Assembly: GCA_963847625.1 (NCBI GenBank)
Contig: CAWKAR010000003.1
Coordinates: 1-64,000 of the forward strand
DNA length: 64,000 bases
Reading direction: 5' to 3'
From: a candidate division FCPU426 bacterium
GTDB taxonomy: Bacteria; Oederibacteriota; Muellerivitia; Muellerivitales; Muellerivitaceae
Both the position numbers and the translations under genes were made by a program. Shown here piece after piece: positions 41,577-50,948 of this stretch. Positions within the stretch are counted from its first letter, which is position 1; every line of letters begins with the position of its first letter. A model generated the notes under the pieces. It was not told the origin of the DNA. It did not search any database and saw nothing but the letters and a program-made list of their open reading frames with translations.

Positions 41577-42128
41577 ATGCCCCTTAAAGTCGAAAAAACC
41601 CCATTGGCCGACCTGCTTCTTTTACAGCCCACGAAGTACCCGGATGAGAGCGGGCACCTGGTGGAAACCCACCAGTCGGATAAGTACGCCCAGGCCGGGA
41701 TCACCTGCGATTTCATCCAGGACAACCAGTCCTATTCGCTGAAGGGGGTCCTACGGGGCCTCCACGCCCAATTCAAGCACCCCCAGGCCAAACTGGTGCG
41801 GGTCGCCTCGGGGGTGATTTTCGACGTGGCGGTGGACGCGCGCCCGGATTCAAAAACCTTCGGGAAGTGGCACGCCGACCTGCTTTCGGGGATGGACCAC
41901 CGGCAATTGTTCATTCCGGCGGGTTTCCTGCATGGTTTCGTGGTGCTCTCGGATTCCGCCTTTGTCCACTACTGTTGCTCGGATTATTACGATCTTGCCG
42001 GCTCCTTCGGGGTGATGTGGAACGACCCGGACTTGGGGATCGATTGGCCCATCAAGAACCCGGTCATGTCGGAGAAGGACATGAAGAACCTTTCCTGGCG
42101 CGAGGCAATGAAGCTCCTAGATAAATAA
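41577..42128 (+). CDS. rmlC: dTDP-4-dehydrorhamnose 3,5-epimerase
   Basis: QDNQSYS..GVLRGLH..QAKLVRV..DVAVD..FIPAGFLHGF..WNDPDLGIDWP. Confidence 0.93.
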   Translation: MPLKVEKTPLADLLLLQPTKYPDESGHLVETHQSDKYAQAGITCDFIQDNQSYSLKGVLRGLHAQFKHPQAKLVRVASGVIFDVAVDARPDSKTFGKWHADLLSGMDHRQLFIPAGFLHGFVVLSDSAFVHYCCSDYYDLAGSFGVMWNDPDLGIDWPIKNPVMSEKDMKNLSWREAMKLLDK

Positions 42129-42318
42129 AAAACAAATTAGTAATTCGGTATGAGGAATTTGGAATTAACTGCTAAAACAACAGCAAAACCACGGCTTAGC
42201 GGGTTCGATAATCTCACTACGGGCAATGAATAATGGGATACAATTGGAAATTAGGAATATGGAATTATGAGTTAAAAATTAACCGCAAAAACAAAAAAAC
42301 AAAGAAAGGAAAAAAGAT

Positions 42319-42483
42319 ATGAAATCTTTTGCAATGAAACCTTGCGCTTGGAAAATTTGTCTGGGTCTTTCCGCGATTGCTTATGTAGTGGGCGCTTATC
42401 GTCATTATAATTATCAAGCGGGAATAAGTTCTTTTGTGCTTTCTTTCATCATGAGCATATGGGCGATTTCCTTTAAGAAATAG
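42319..42483 (+). CDS. 54-aa two-helix membrane peptide (not in the ORF track)
   Basis: RBS AAGAAAGGA; MKSFAMKPCAWKICLGLSAIAYVVGAYRHY..IWAISFKK. Confidence 0.65.
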   Translation: MKSFAMKPCAWKICLGLSAIAYVVGAYRHYNYQAGISSFVLSFIMSIWAISFKK

Positions 42484-42506
42484 GCTCATAAAATACTTTA
42501 CAACCT

Positions 42507-42539
42507 CTGAAAAAGCCGGCTTATCGCCGGCTTTTTCAG
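42507..42539. terminator. Intrinsic (possibly bidirectional) terminator
   Basis: CTGAAAAAGCCGGC-TTATC-GCCGGCTTTTTCAG. Confidence 0.7.
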
Positions 42540-42740
42540 CAACCATCAAAGGGAACCCCGCGATTTCCTTATCGTTTTTTCAATTATGAGAATCGGCACA
42601 TCTGTGGCTAAATTTTATTATGGACAGATGATTTCACTGCTAATAGTTCGTGGTTGACAGTTCGCAGGGCTTCGACGATGCTCATAACAGGTGCAGTCAG
42701 GACTGGTTGAAGCCAAAATAACAAAGAAAGGAAAAAAGAA

Positions 42741-42893
42741 ATGAACTCTTATCTTTGGAAAATTTGTTTGGGTCTTTCCGCGGTTGCTCTTTTGGCGGGC
42801 GCTTACCGCCATATTTTTTCTATGGGAGGGACAACTCTCTTGCCGGCCGCTATCGTCTTGGGTGTATGGGCCATTGCCTTAAAAATGAAATAA
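42741..42893 (+). CDS. 50-aa membrane peptide, paralog of 42319
   Basis: Same RBS; MNSYLWKICLGLSAVALLAGAYRHIF..VWAIALKMK. Confidence 0.65.
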   Translation: MNSYLWKICLGLSAVALLAGAYRHIFSMGGTTLLPAAIVLGVWAIALKMK

Positions 42894-43025
42894 GTTCATA
42901 AAACACTTTATAAAGCTTAAATAAATTATCATTGTGCCGATTCTTAATATAAATATTATTTGGAAATCGGCACATCTGTGGCTAGATAATATTTGATTTT
43001 AAACTGCTGTTATACTTCCATTTAC

Positions 43026-43217
43026 TCAACTTTGCGGTGATTTAATAACTCGAATATTGCCTTGAAGCCGGGTTGAACTTCCATAGTACTGCTTCCGCAA
43101 CTCCTCAACCGCCGCGATGCGTTCCTCGGGCGGGCGGCTCTTCCAATAGGCCAGGTTGTCCCGCGCCGTTTCCCCGCCCAACTTCATTTTTTTAACGGCC
43201 TTTTTGTTCATGCCCAT
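43026..43217 (-). CDS. Small protein of the type usually paired with nucleotidyltransferase TA modules; orphan here
   Basis: YWKSRPPEERIAAVEELR motif. Confidence 0.6.
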   Translation of the reverse strand: MGMNKKAVKKMKLGGETARDNLAYWKSRPPEERIAAVEELRKQYYGSSTRLQGNIRVIKSPQS

Positions 43218-43669
43218 TTTTTCCCCCGCGGTCCCCCGCGAATCACCTTATGTTTTATCATAACGCGGTTCTACACCCAATAAACCAATGGCCTTATAGG
43301 AACTTGCCGGCCCCGATTGTCCAGGACAGGTTGAATTAACAGAAAAAAGTCAGGAAATAGAAGCCAGGAGTTTTTAAAACCCTCCATCCATCCCCCACCA
43401 AAAAAATGAGGAATTTACAATGAACAATTGACAATTAACCGCATTAATAAGTTGCGGAAAAATGCTTTTAACATTCATTTTCCATTATTCATTGCCCGCA
43501 GTGAGATTATCGAACCCGCCCGCCCTGAGTAGCATTGTGGTGAGTATATCGAACCATTCGACTGGGCTCGCCACGGGGGAGTGCGAAGCACTATCGAAGG
43601 GTTCATTATTAATTGTCTTCTTTGGTTTAGGCTCTCATGAAGGGGGCGAAAAAAGAAAGCAATCCTCTC

Positions 43670-45115
43670 CTATAAACATTGGGAAACCCGGTCCGGTTCC
43701 ACCGGACCGGCTGTGGCCGACTCCTCGGCCTTTCTCCACAAAAGCAGTTCCAACACGCTTTGGGTGTAGTCACAGCGTATTTTCTCCCAGTAGACCTTGA
43801 CCGCGGGGGAGGCGTTCGGGTTCCGGTCCACCGTCAGCCTGCCCACGGGACAGCCGCCGCCGCACAGGTAGCGCCAGGGGCATTTCGCGCACTTTTCCAG
43901 GCGGTCCACGTTCAACTCTTCCTGCAGGACCTCCAGCACCTTTTCCGATCCACCGGCTCCGCCCATTTGAAACCTCTTGATCCCGACGAGATAGACGCAG
44001 GGATAAACATCCCCGTTCGCGGAAACCACGGGCTTATTGCCGTAAGCGGCGCCGCAGCCCACGACGGTCACGAAGCCGGGCTTGAACCTGGACAGGTATT
44101 GGTTGAAGGGGTAAAGCTCCCCGGTTTTCCAGGGGCCGCTCCGGAATATCTCCGCCAGGGCGCGGATGACTTTCTCCGGGTCCGGCAGGAGGCTTTCCGG
44201 AAGGATGCTCTCGTCGGAATTGACGGGGATCACCGGCACGAAGGCGCTGGTACTGCCCCCCAGGGCCTTGTGCAGGGCCGAGGTTTCCCCCAGGAAATCC
44301 TGGTTCAAGGACGTGACGGTGGCCCGCAGTTCCACCCGCAAGCCGGCCGCGCGCAATTCCCGGATGCTCCGCGCCGAGGCCTCATAGGTCCCCCCTCCGT
44401 TGCGAAAGGGCCTGCACCGGTCGTGGACCGCGGGAGGCCCGTCGATGTCGCACATGAAGGAAATATCGTATTTCTTCGCCCATTCGACCAGGTCTTGGGG
44501 CAGGAAGGATAAATTGCTGGTGACGCAGTATTTCGCGCTTTTGCCCGGATGTTTTTCGCCCAAGCTTTTCCCGCAATGAAGGATGGCCTCCTTCGCCAGG
44601 GGCCAGTTCAAGAGGGGTTCCCCCCCGAAAAATTCGATTTGTAGGTTTCCCCCCTCGGCGAGGTCGTCGAGGCACCGGTCGATGGCCTGGAAGGCGGTTT
44701 CCGCTTTCATTTTCAGGCCCTGGTCCGTTTGGTAGGAGTTCCTTCCGTCCAGGCAATAGGCGCAGTTCATGTTGCAGGATTGGGAAAGGAGGAGGTAAAG
44801 GGCCATGTTCATTTTCTTGGCGGGAACCGGCCCGGCCGGGGCCATGGGCTTGAACTGGTCTTGCAACCCGTCGGGAAAGACGATGCCGTAATCCAGCATG
44901 ACGTTCAAGAGGCCCGCTTCCCGGGGATAGGCGCGCAGAATCCCATCCCGGGAGCCCAATTCCCGGACCGCGTCAAGGAACGTCCGGATGTACTTCCCCC
45001 CTTTTTTCATGTAAAGCGGGCGGCGCACCAGGGCGTTGGCCAAAAGGAGCTCATCCTGGCCCCTCTCGAGCAGGATCAGGTCCTCCGCGACCGCCAGCCG
45101 GGGACTATTTGCCAT
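43670..45115 (-). CDS. Radical SAM / SPASM domain enzyme
   Basis: CNMNCAYC, FFGGEPLL, IDGP..HDRCR, CGA..GDVYPC..CAKCPWRYLCGGGC..C; RBS GGAGG. Confidence 0.92.
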   Translation of the reverse strand: MANSPRLAVAEDLILLERGQDELLLANALVRRPLYMKKGGKYIRTFLDAVRELGSRDGILRAYPREAGLLNVMLDYGIVFPDGLQDQFKPMAPAGPVPAKKMNMALYLLLSQSCNMNCAYCLDGRNSYQTDQGLKMKAETAFQAIDRCLDDLAEGGNLQIEFFGGEPLLNWPLAKEAILHCGKSLGEKHPGKSAKYCVTSNLSFLPQDLVEWAKKYDISFMCDIDGPPAVHDRCRPFRNGGGTYEASARSIRELRAAGLRVELRATVTSLNQDFLGETSALHKALGGSTSAFVPVIPVNSDESILPESLLPDPEKVIRALAEIFRSGPWKTGELYPFNQYLSRFKPGFVTVVGCGAAYGNKPVVSANGDVYPCVYLVGIKRFQMGGAGGSEKVLEVLQEELNVDRLEKCAKCPWRYLCGGGCPVGRLTVDRNPNASPAVKVYWEKIRCDYTQSVLELLLWRKAEESATAGPVEPDRVSQCL

Positions 45116-45385
45116 CGCGACAGCCTCCGAACTATAAAGAAAAGAAATCCACGGCAAAGAACAACTCACAGCAAAACCATGGCTTAGCCACGGATGCATG
45201 GGATACATGGGATATGATAAGCAAAATATTTCAGGTTTTTTCTTTTCAATTTTTTAAAAACCCCGGCACATCATGAGAGCTTCAAAGGAGAAGGGCAATG
45301 GGGAATAGAAGCGGCTAATTGTTAATCATACATTCTTCATTTTTCACTGCTATTTTGTTGGGGCCGAAAAAAGAAAAAGCCTATA

Positions 45386-45466
45386 TGCCGATTTTCATAT
45401 GTGAAAAATAGAATAATGGAATCGGTACAATACCGGCATCATTATCAGATTTATGGATTGCCGGCA
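45386..45466. mobile_element. Family A element
   Basis: TGCCGATT..AATCGGTA-CAA-TACCGGCA..TGCCGGCA. Confidence 0.7.
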
Positions 45467-45554
45467 TGGCTGTTGGTGTTTTATCTTTTACTTTTGCCTT
45501 TTTTGGTTCAAGACAGTCCTAGAACGGCGCGGGGGGTTCCCGTCCGAACGCCCC

Positions 45555-46478
45555 TTATTTTGATAAATAGTCCCATGCCTTCTTGATCCATTTTTTTGAT
45601 GGCGCCAATTCTTCCGCTTTTTGTAATTTCTTCATAGCTTCAGGCTTATTATTTGAATACTCAAGTTCGTACATTGCCTGATACGCGTAATCCACGGCCA
45701 TAGCCTCATCCGCTTCTTTTTCGTATTTAGCGACAGCCTCATCCAACGTTTTCTTTAATTTCCACTTAACAGCGGCCTCATACTCCGTTCCCTTTAACTT
45801 TTTTTCCAGGATGACGAGGGCTTGTACTTCATTCGCCGGTTTCGCGGCCTTGTCGTTCTCCGGCGCCTTCGGGGTGAATGGCGCGGGCCCCAACAGCGGC
45901 AGGTTGTGGGCTTTCCTGAAAGCCAGGATGTCGGAACAAAGGCCCGCCATGCGCTTCAGGGCCGGATTGTCCGGGTCCTTCAACAGCGCCTGTTGGTACC
46001 AGGCCGAAGCCGCTTGCCAATCCAGGCCGTGGATGATCGCCTGGTAGCCTTTCCGGGCCTCCCGGTAAGCGGGTGATTTTTCAATCTCTTCCGCCTGCCG
46101 CGGAAGGGTTTCCTCGGCGCCCCTGGTATCCACGACCGAGGTATCCTGATTCACGTCCGCGAGCACTTCCTGGTTGAAGGACTTGACGCCTTGACGGATG
46201 GAAGCCTCTTCCGTTTCAAGCGCTTGGCGCTGCGCGGCGGTTTGTTGGTCGGCCGTCTCGGCGTTGTACGCTTCGGCTTTAGCCTGTAAATCAGCTTCTT
46301 CCGCCTTTAAATCCCCCATTACCCGGTTGAGCTTATCCTTCTCATCCGCCGAAATCCCCTGGGGGATCGGCTTGAAAGCCGGGATTTCACCGGCCAATGC
46401 CCTGCCGCCGGACCACCCCCAGAACCCAATTAGAGCCGCAGCCACCCACATCAAAATCCGCCGGTAATTTTCCGACAC
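45555..46478 (-). CDS. Exported coiled-coil/TPR-like protein
   Basis: Signal peptide; AWYQQALLKDPDN; KLQKAEELAP. Confidence 0.7.
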   Translation of the reverse strand: MSENYRRILMWVAAALIGFWGWSGGRALAGEIPAFKPIPQGISADEKDKLNRVMGDLKAEEADLQAKAEAYNAETADQQTAAQRQALETEEASIRQGVKSFNQEVLADVNQDTSVVDTRGAEETLPRQAEEIEKSPAYREARKGYQAIIHGLDWQAASAWYQQALLKDPDNPALKRMAGLCSDILAFRKAHNLPLLGPAPFTPKAPENDKAAKPANEVQALVILEKKLKGTEYEAAVKWKLKKTLDEAVAKYEKEADEAMAVDYAYQAMYELEYSNNKPEAMKKLQKAEELAPSKKWIKKAWDYLSK

Positions 46479-46564
46479 AGGATCCTCCTTTTAATGAATG
46501 ACCGCCGGCCGTTACCGGCCCTTGACCCGGTTGATTGAGTTGTGTTGGTTGAGCCCGCCGAAGG

Positions 46565-47524
46565 TTATTTCCCTATGGTGACACTGTAAGTATCGTGTAA
46601 TTTCTTCACTTCTTCTTTTTCCTGGGACTTCAACATGTTCACTTTGCCGGTCTCCGTGCCGAGTTGGTCGCCCCATTTCGTGATTTCTTTCGCGAGTATC
46701 TTTTTCACGTACGGGCTGGCATTCGGGTATTTCTCCTTGGCCCGTTGTAATTTCTTATCCAAAACTGCCTCTTTCTTTTCCTCTTTTTTAAGCGCCGTAT
46801 GCAACCTTTGATAATCCCCGTTTTGTTTGAGGTATTTCTGGAATTTGGGATCGTCACTGCCCGGCAGGGACGTGGCGATGCCGGAATCCTTTCCCGGGGC
46901 GGAGGAATCAAAAACAGCCCCTGACGACCCTTTCAAGTCCTCACCGACTCCTGTTGTCTTTGTTTCGGGGGAATTCTTTTTCATGCCCTCTAAAACAGAT
47001 TGCTGATTGGTATAAGCCTCGTTCGCCGCCCTGTTAGTGGGCGGGTTTTCCTGGATATCCGCGAAGTATCGCTGCATCATCTGCCATTGGCCCGCATTGT
47101 TGCCCTGGGTCGGCTGGTTGCCGACCTGGAAGCCGTTTTGGTTCGCGACACCTTTGGGCGTGTCTGGTACCAAGCTAAAACCCCCTCCGCCCCCTCCGCC
47201 GTAACCTCCTCCGCCGCCGCCCGACGGCGCGTCGTGCATCACGCACTTGGTTTCCCCGACGTCCGGGACCTGCGCGTACAGACGGGGCGCGGGATTCGGG
47301 TTGTCGTACGGCACGGAAAGCCCGGCCATCGATTGGTCCAGGAGGGACTTATCCTGGATGAGCTCCGTGGACGGGTTTTGCGTCCCCGCGTAACCCATCC
47401 CCACCGCGAAGATCTGGTAGGAGGCGCTGATCAACAGGGCCTTGCCCGTGGGGCCGAACAAGCCCCGGATGAGGCTCCCGCATTCCTGGGACTTTTTATG
47501 TTTTCTTCCTTTTTTAAGTTTCAT
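46565..47524 (-). CDS. Exported hypothetical protein (Gly-rich linker, C-terminal coiled coil)
   Basis: RBS GGAGG; GGGGGGYGGGGGGG; Lys/Glu-rich tail. Confidence 0.7.
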   Translation of the reverse strand: MKLKKGRKHKKSQECGSLIRGLFGPTGKALLISASYQIFAVGMGYAGTQNPSTELIQDKSLLDQSMAGLSVPYDNPNPAPRLYAQVPDVGETKCVMHDAPSGGGGGGYGGGGGGGFSLVPDTPKGVANQNGFQVGNQPTQGNNAGQWQMMQRYFADIQENPPTNRAANEAYTNQQSVLEGMKKNSPETKTTGVGEDLKGSSGAVFDSSAPGKDSGIATSLPGSDDPKFQKYLKQNGDYQRLHTALKKEEKKEAVLDKKLQRAKEKYPNASPYVKKILAKEITKWGDQLGTETGKVNMLKSQEKEEVKKLHDTYSVTIGK

Positions 47525-47590
47525 GGCTTCCTCCTAGGTATTTAATCCCCCGCGCGGGGTTGGTAACTTGAACCGGCTTTTCAAACGCCT

Positions 47591-48517
47591 CTAGATGCTC
47601 CCCCCAAACATGAAGTAAGTCTGGCCATCCACCCCGTCGGGAGGCTGGACGGCTGACAATTGCGCCGATAAAGCGATGCCGATAAAGGGCGGAACATAGG
47701 ATATTTTGACCCCATAACCCAACTCGTCGGGTAATCCCTCCTCGTATCCTGTTTGCTGGTAAAAAAAGCTGAGCTTGAGGTTTTCCATGGATCCGCTCTG
47801 CGGCCAAACCCATATCGCGGCCAACTCCGAGTAGAAATCCGAGGTGGGATAACCCAAGACCCAAATATTGCCCAATTGGGAGGCCATCAAGGCCGGACGG
47901 TCGTACACACTGATGGGCTGGTCGTAAAAAACCGTCCCAAGCCCGAGGCTCAATTGAAACACGGGCGCCCGGTTCACGGCCATATTCAACCCGAGGCGCA
48001 ACTCGTTTCCCGCGTTCGACCAGGTGGTTTCGCCGGTCAAGGGGGGGTTCTGGGTATCGTTGTAGGCGGTCCGGGAAAAAGAGAATTGGGGGGAAAACAT
48101 GAAACCGGAGTCATGGTCGGGTTTCGCCAGCTCGAAATTGACATAGGCCAGCCCTTTCAAACTGTTGAAGCCGTCCCCCACGTCGGGGATAAAGTCCGCC
48201 CGAAACCCGAAACAAACGGGGTTTTCCGACTGGCCGATGGAATCGAAGGAAAGGGCCAGGCCGACGTGCCCCTGGTCCCAATAACCGACATCGGCCAGGT
48301 ATTTGTCGTAATAACCGTAAAGGACGCCCTGCCAGACAGCGGTGTTTTCCGGGGTGATGAGCGTCAAGTACCCGTCCATGGCGCCGTAGGATTGGCCCCC
48401 TGTGGCGATATCACCGCCCAATAAAAAACCGGCCGAGGCCCCGCCGGGCCACAGCCCTAAGCCCGCCGCCGCCAACCCGGCCAGGAGCAGTATTTTTTTG
48501 GGGAATTTGATTTCCAT
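47591..48517 (-). CDS. Exported hypothetical protein, possible beta-barrel
   Basis: Signal peptide; aromatic/Gly-rich alternating strands. Confidence 0.6.
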   Translation of the reverse strand: MEIKFPKKILLLAGLAAAGLGLWPGGASAGFLLGGDIATGGQSYGAMDGYLTLITPENTAVWQGVLYGYYDKYLADVGYWDQGHVGLALSFDSIGQSENPVCFGFRADFIPDVGDGFNSLKGLAYVNFELAKPDHDSGFMFSPQFSFSRTAYNDTQNPPLTGETTWSNAGNELRLGLNMAVNRAPVFQLSLGLGTVFYDQPISVYDRPALMASQLGNIWVLGYPTSDFYSELAAIWVWPQSGSMENLKLSFFYQQTGYEEGLPDELGYGVKISYVPPFIGIALSAQLSAVQPPDGVDGQTYFMFGGSI

Positions 48518-48600
48518 GGGGACCTCGCGAATTTAGATTTACGGCGGTTTAGAAATAAATGTTAACCTTGAAAAATGGCGTAGTCAATAAAGTAAAACGG

Positions 48601-50061
48601 CTAACATTGGGTTTTTTGCGGCATTTTGCAGGGGGTTGCCTTTGTTCTGAACCAGGCCCAACACAACCAGGCGAGGTAAAAACAAGTCGCCGCGAAACAA
48701 CCGGGGCCGGACAGCCAGCCGAGGCGCGTATAAAAAGTTCCGGACCGGCCCAGATAGGCCCTTCCGGTTAAAACCCCAACCTCGCCCGGGGCCATTTCGC
48801 TTTGAACCCTTCCCAGGGGGTCGATGATCTGGGATTCCCCGGAGGAAGCCGCCCTGACCAGCCACAAGCCTGTTTCCACCGCCCGCATGGGCGACATCCC
48901 CGAATGAAGCAGGTGCTGGCGTGGACCCCAGACCATGGGATCGTAGGTCGGCACCACCAAAAGCTGTGCTCCCTGCCGGGCCAACTTCCGCGAGACGTCC
49001 TCAAAATCCAGGTCATAGCAGATTTGCACCCCCAACCGGCCCGCTTCCGTGTTGATGGGCCTGGGATCGGGATTCGGCTCGAGGAACGCCTCCACCAAGG
49101 GGACGGGATGCGACTTATCGTACCGGCCTTCCAGCCCTGCGCGCCGGGACAAAACCCAACAAAAATTTTCCATATGCGCCTTTTGGCGGGAGTCTGCCGG
49201 CTCGGAATATAACCTGCAGCCTATGACGGAAACCGCGTCGATCCCGTGAAGAATCCCGGTTAACCGCTTGAGCGAGCCGTCGGGCCTGAGTTTCAAGACG
49301 TCAAACTGGTCTTCGGGCCACACGTAAAGGCCGGCTTCGTGGACCTCCGGGAGAGCGCTTAAAAACGCGGCCGTCCGGGGTGAATCCTCCTCCTGCAAAA
49401 GGGCCACCCGCAAAGGCCGGCCGCTTCGGGTATCCAAAACCGCCAGGCGGTGCCATCCCCAGGAGCCCAGGGCTAAAAACAGGAGGGCCAGGATGAGGAA
49501 GGTTCGCCGGCGCCCGCGCAGGAACAGGCATAGGCTTAAGTTCACCCCGACGATGAAGGCGGAAAGACCGTAATTGCCGAATAGACTGGCGGATTGAAGC
49601 AGGGGAAGATTGGAAACCTGGCTGTATCCAAGCGCAAGCCAGGAATTTTTCAAGACCCATAATTCGGACCGGAAATATTCCAGCCCGACCCAGAACAGAC
49701 CGCCTAGGATGACCAGGGCCAGTTCCGGCCCCCAACCTGGCCTCTTCAGGGCAAAACGCCGCCACAGGGTCCACAGCAACACCGCTTGAAGGGATATCCA
49801 AAGAATAAAAACGCAGATAAAAATGAAGGCCCCAAGGGGGCCGAACAACTCGCGGCCGGACATCCAGAAAAGAGAATAACCGTAAAACACCAAACCCGCC
49901 ACAGCCCCAAAACGGGCGGCCTGCTTGGCGGTGGGACAATCCAGCACCGCCCAAAACAACGGAACGAGGGCCGCCCAGGCTAAGGCTCCGTGGCTGAAGG
50001 GCGGGAAGGCGGGAATAAGGAGAAAACCTGAAAGCGCCGCCAGCATCCATAAGCGGATCAT
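48601..50061 (-). CDS. lnt: Apolipoprotein N-acyltransferase-like
   Basis: Multi-TM; LGYSQ; VWPE, YDKSHPVP, QICYD; MRAVE..RAASSG.S..IDPLG. Confidence 0.85.
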   Translation of the reverse strand: MIRLWMLAALSGFLLIPAFPPFSHGALAWAALVPLFWAVLDCPTAKQAARFGAVAGLVFYGYSLFWMSGRELFGPLGAFIFICVFILWISLQAVLLWTLWRRFALKRPGWGPELALVILGGLFWVGLEYFRSELWVLKNSWLALGYSQVSNLPLLQSASLFGNYGLSAFIVGVNLSLCLFLRGRRRTFLILALLFLALGSWGWHRLAVLDTRSGRPLRVALLQEEDSPRTAAFLSALPEVHEAGLYVWPEDQFDVLKLRPDGSLKRLTGILHGIDAVSVIGCRLYSEPADSRQKAHMENFCWVLSRRAGLEGRYDKSHPVPLVEAFLEPNPDPRPINTEAGRLGVQICYDLDFEDVSRKLARQGAQLLVVPTYDPMVWGPRQHLLHSGMSPMRAVETGLWLVRAASSGESQIIDPLGRVQSEMAPGEVGVLTGRAYLGRSGTFYTRLGWLSGPGCFAATCFYLAWLCWAWFRTKATPCKMPQKTQC

Positions 50062-50150
50062 AAATACTCCCGGGAAAGGAGTTTTATTAAAAGAAACAAA
50101 ACCATTTTAAACGATGCGGTGGATAATAGCGGCAAATAAGGAGGATTGGT

Positions 50151-50801
50151 ATGAACTGGAAACCCTTATTTTATACCGCCCTATTCCTGGGCGTTTTTTT
50201 CATTGGACCTTTCAAGGACAGCAACCCCATCCATCGGGAGGGCGACCCACGCCCCTCCACATGGGACGAATTCAAAAAACTCGGCGGTGGAACACAATAC
50301 GATTGCGTTAAGGGAATCCCCCATAACGAGATATTCCTGGATTTTATCGACATGATCGGGAAATCCATCACGAAGGGGGCGGATTACAGCGACGGCTTTA
50401 CCGGCGGCAAGTCCTGGGGCGTCTGCAAGGATAAAACCACGAGCTATCTATTCGACGAGGACAAAAATTTGGTCCTGGTTATCAGGGACATTGACCCAAG
50501 GCGTTACAACCTGTTCCTTTCAAATATTTCTAATAAGTTTAATAAAGAGGGGATTTCCGGGGGTTCTTATGAAACCGGCGGCCCCTTAGGGGGCAAAGAA
50601 GTCCGGCACAAATACACCTTCAGAAGTTTCGAGCTTGAGGGGAGGATGATTTATTTATTCAAGGCCAGCGAGGTTTCCCAGGACGGCAAGGTGTTGAAAC
50701 ATACGGGAGCTGTTTTCTGTCCGAGGAGCTCCATCGAGAAATTGAAAACCGACATGAAAATGGAGCACCTCGATGCCCTCCAACGCAACCGGAAAGATTA
50801 A
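50151..50801 (+). CDS. Hypothetical exported/membrane-anchored protein
   Basis: RBS GGAGG, N-terminal hydrophobic helix. Confidence 0.65.
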   Translation: MNWKPLFYTALFLGVFFIGPFKDSNPIHREGDPRPSTWDEFKKLGGGTQYDCVKGIPHNEIFLDFIDMIGKSITKGADYSDGFTGGKSWGVCKDKTTSYLFDEDKNLVLVIRDIDPRRYNLFLSNISNKFNKEGISGGSYETGGPLGGKEVRHKYTFRSFELEGRMIYLFKASEVSQDGKVLKHTGAVFCPRSSIEKLKTDMKMEHLDALQRNRKD

Positions 50802-50948
50802 GTGAAATCCAAGCAAATAAGGCCTTTCACGGTACACTTTTTGTGCAAAAAATTGCACATTTTTGGGTTAAATCTTCAGGAAAATCGGTAATATATCCGG
50901 CGATTCCCCTGTGAAACTTGTGTGCCACTCTATTAATAAGAATTTTAA

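Noticed and set aside
43026..43217. RiPP precursor for the adjacent radical SAM
   Set aside because: No Cys or leader/core pattern; resembles TA-associated small proteins.
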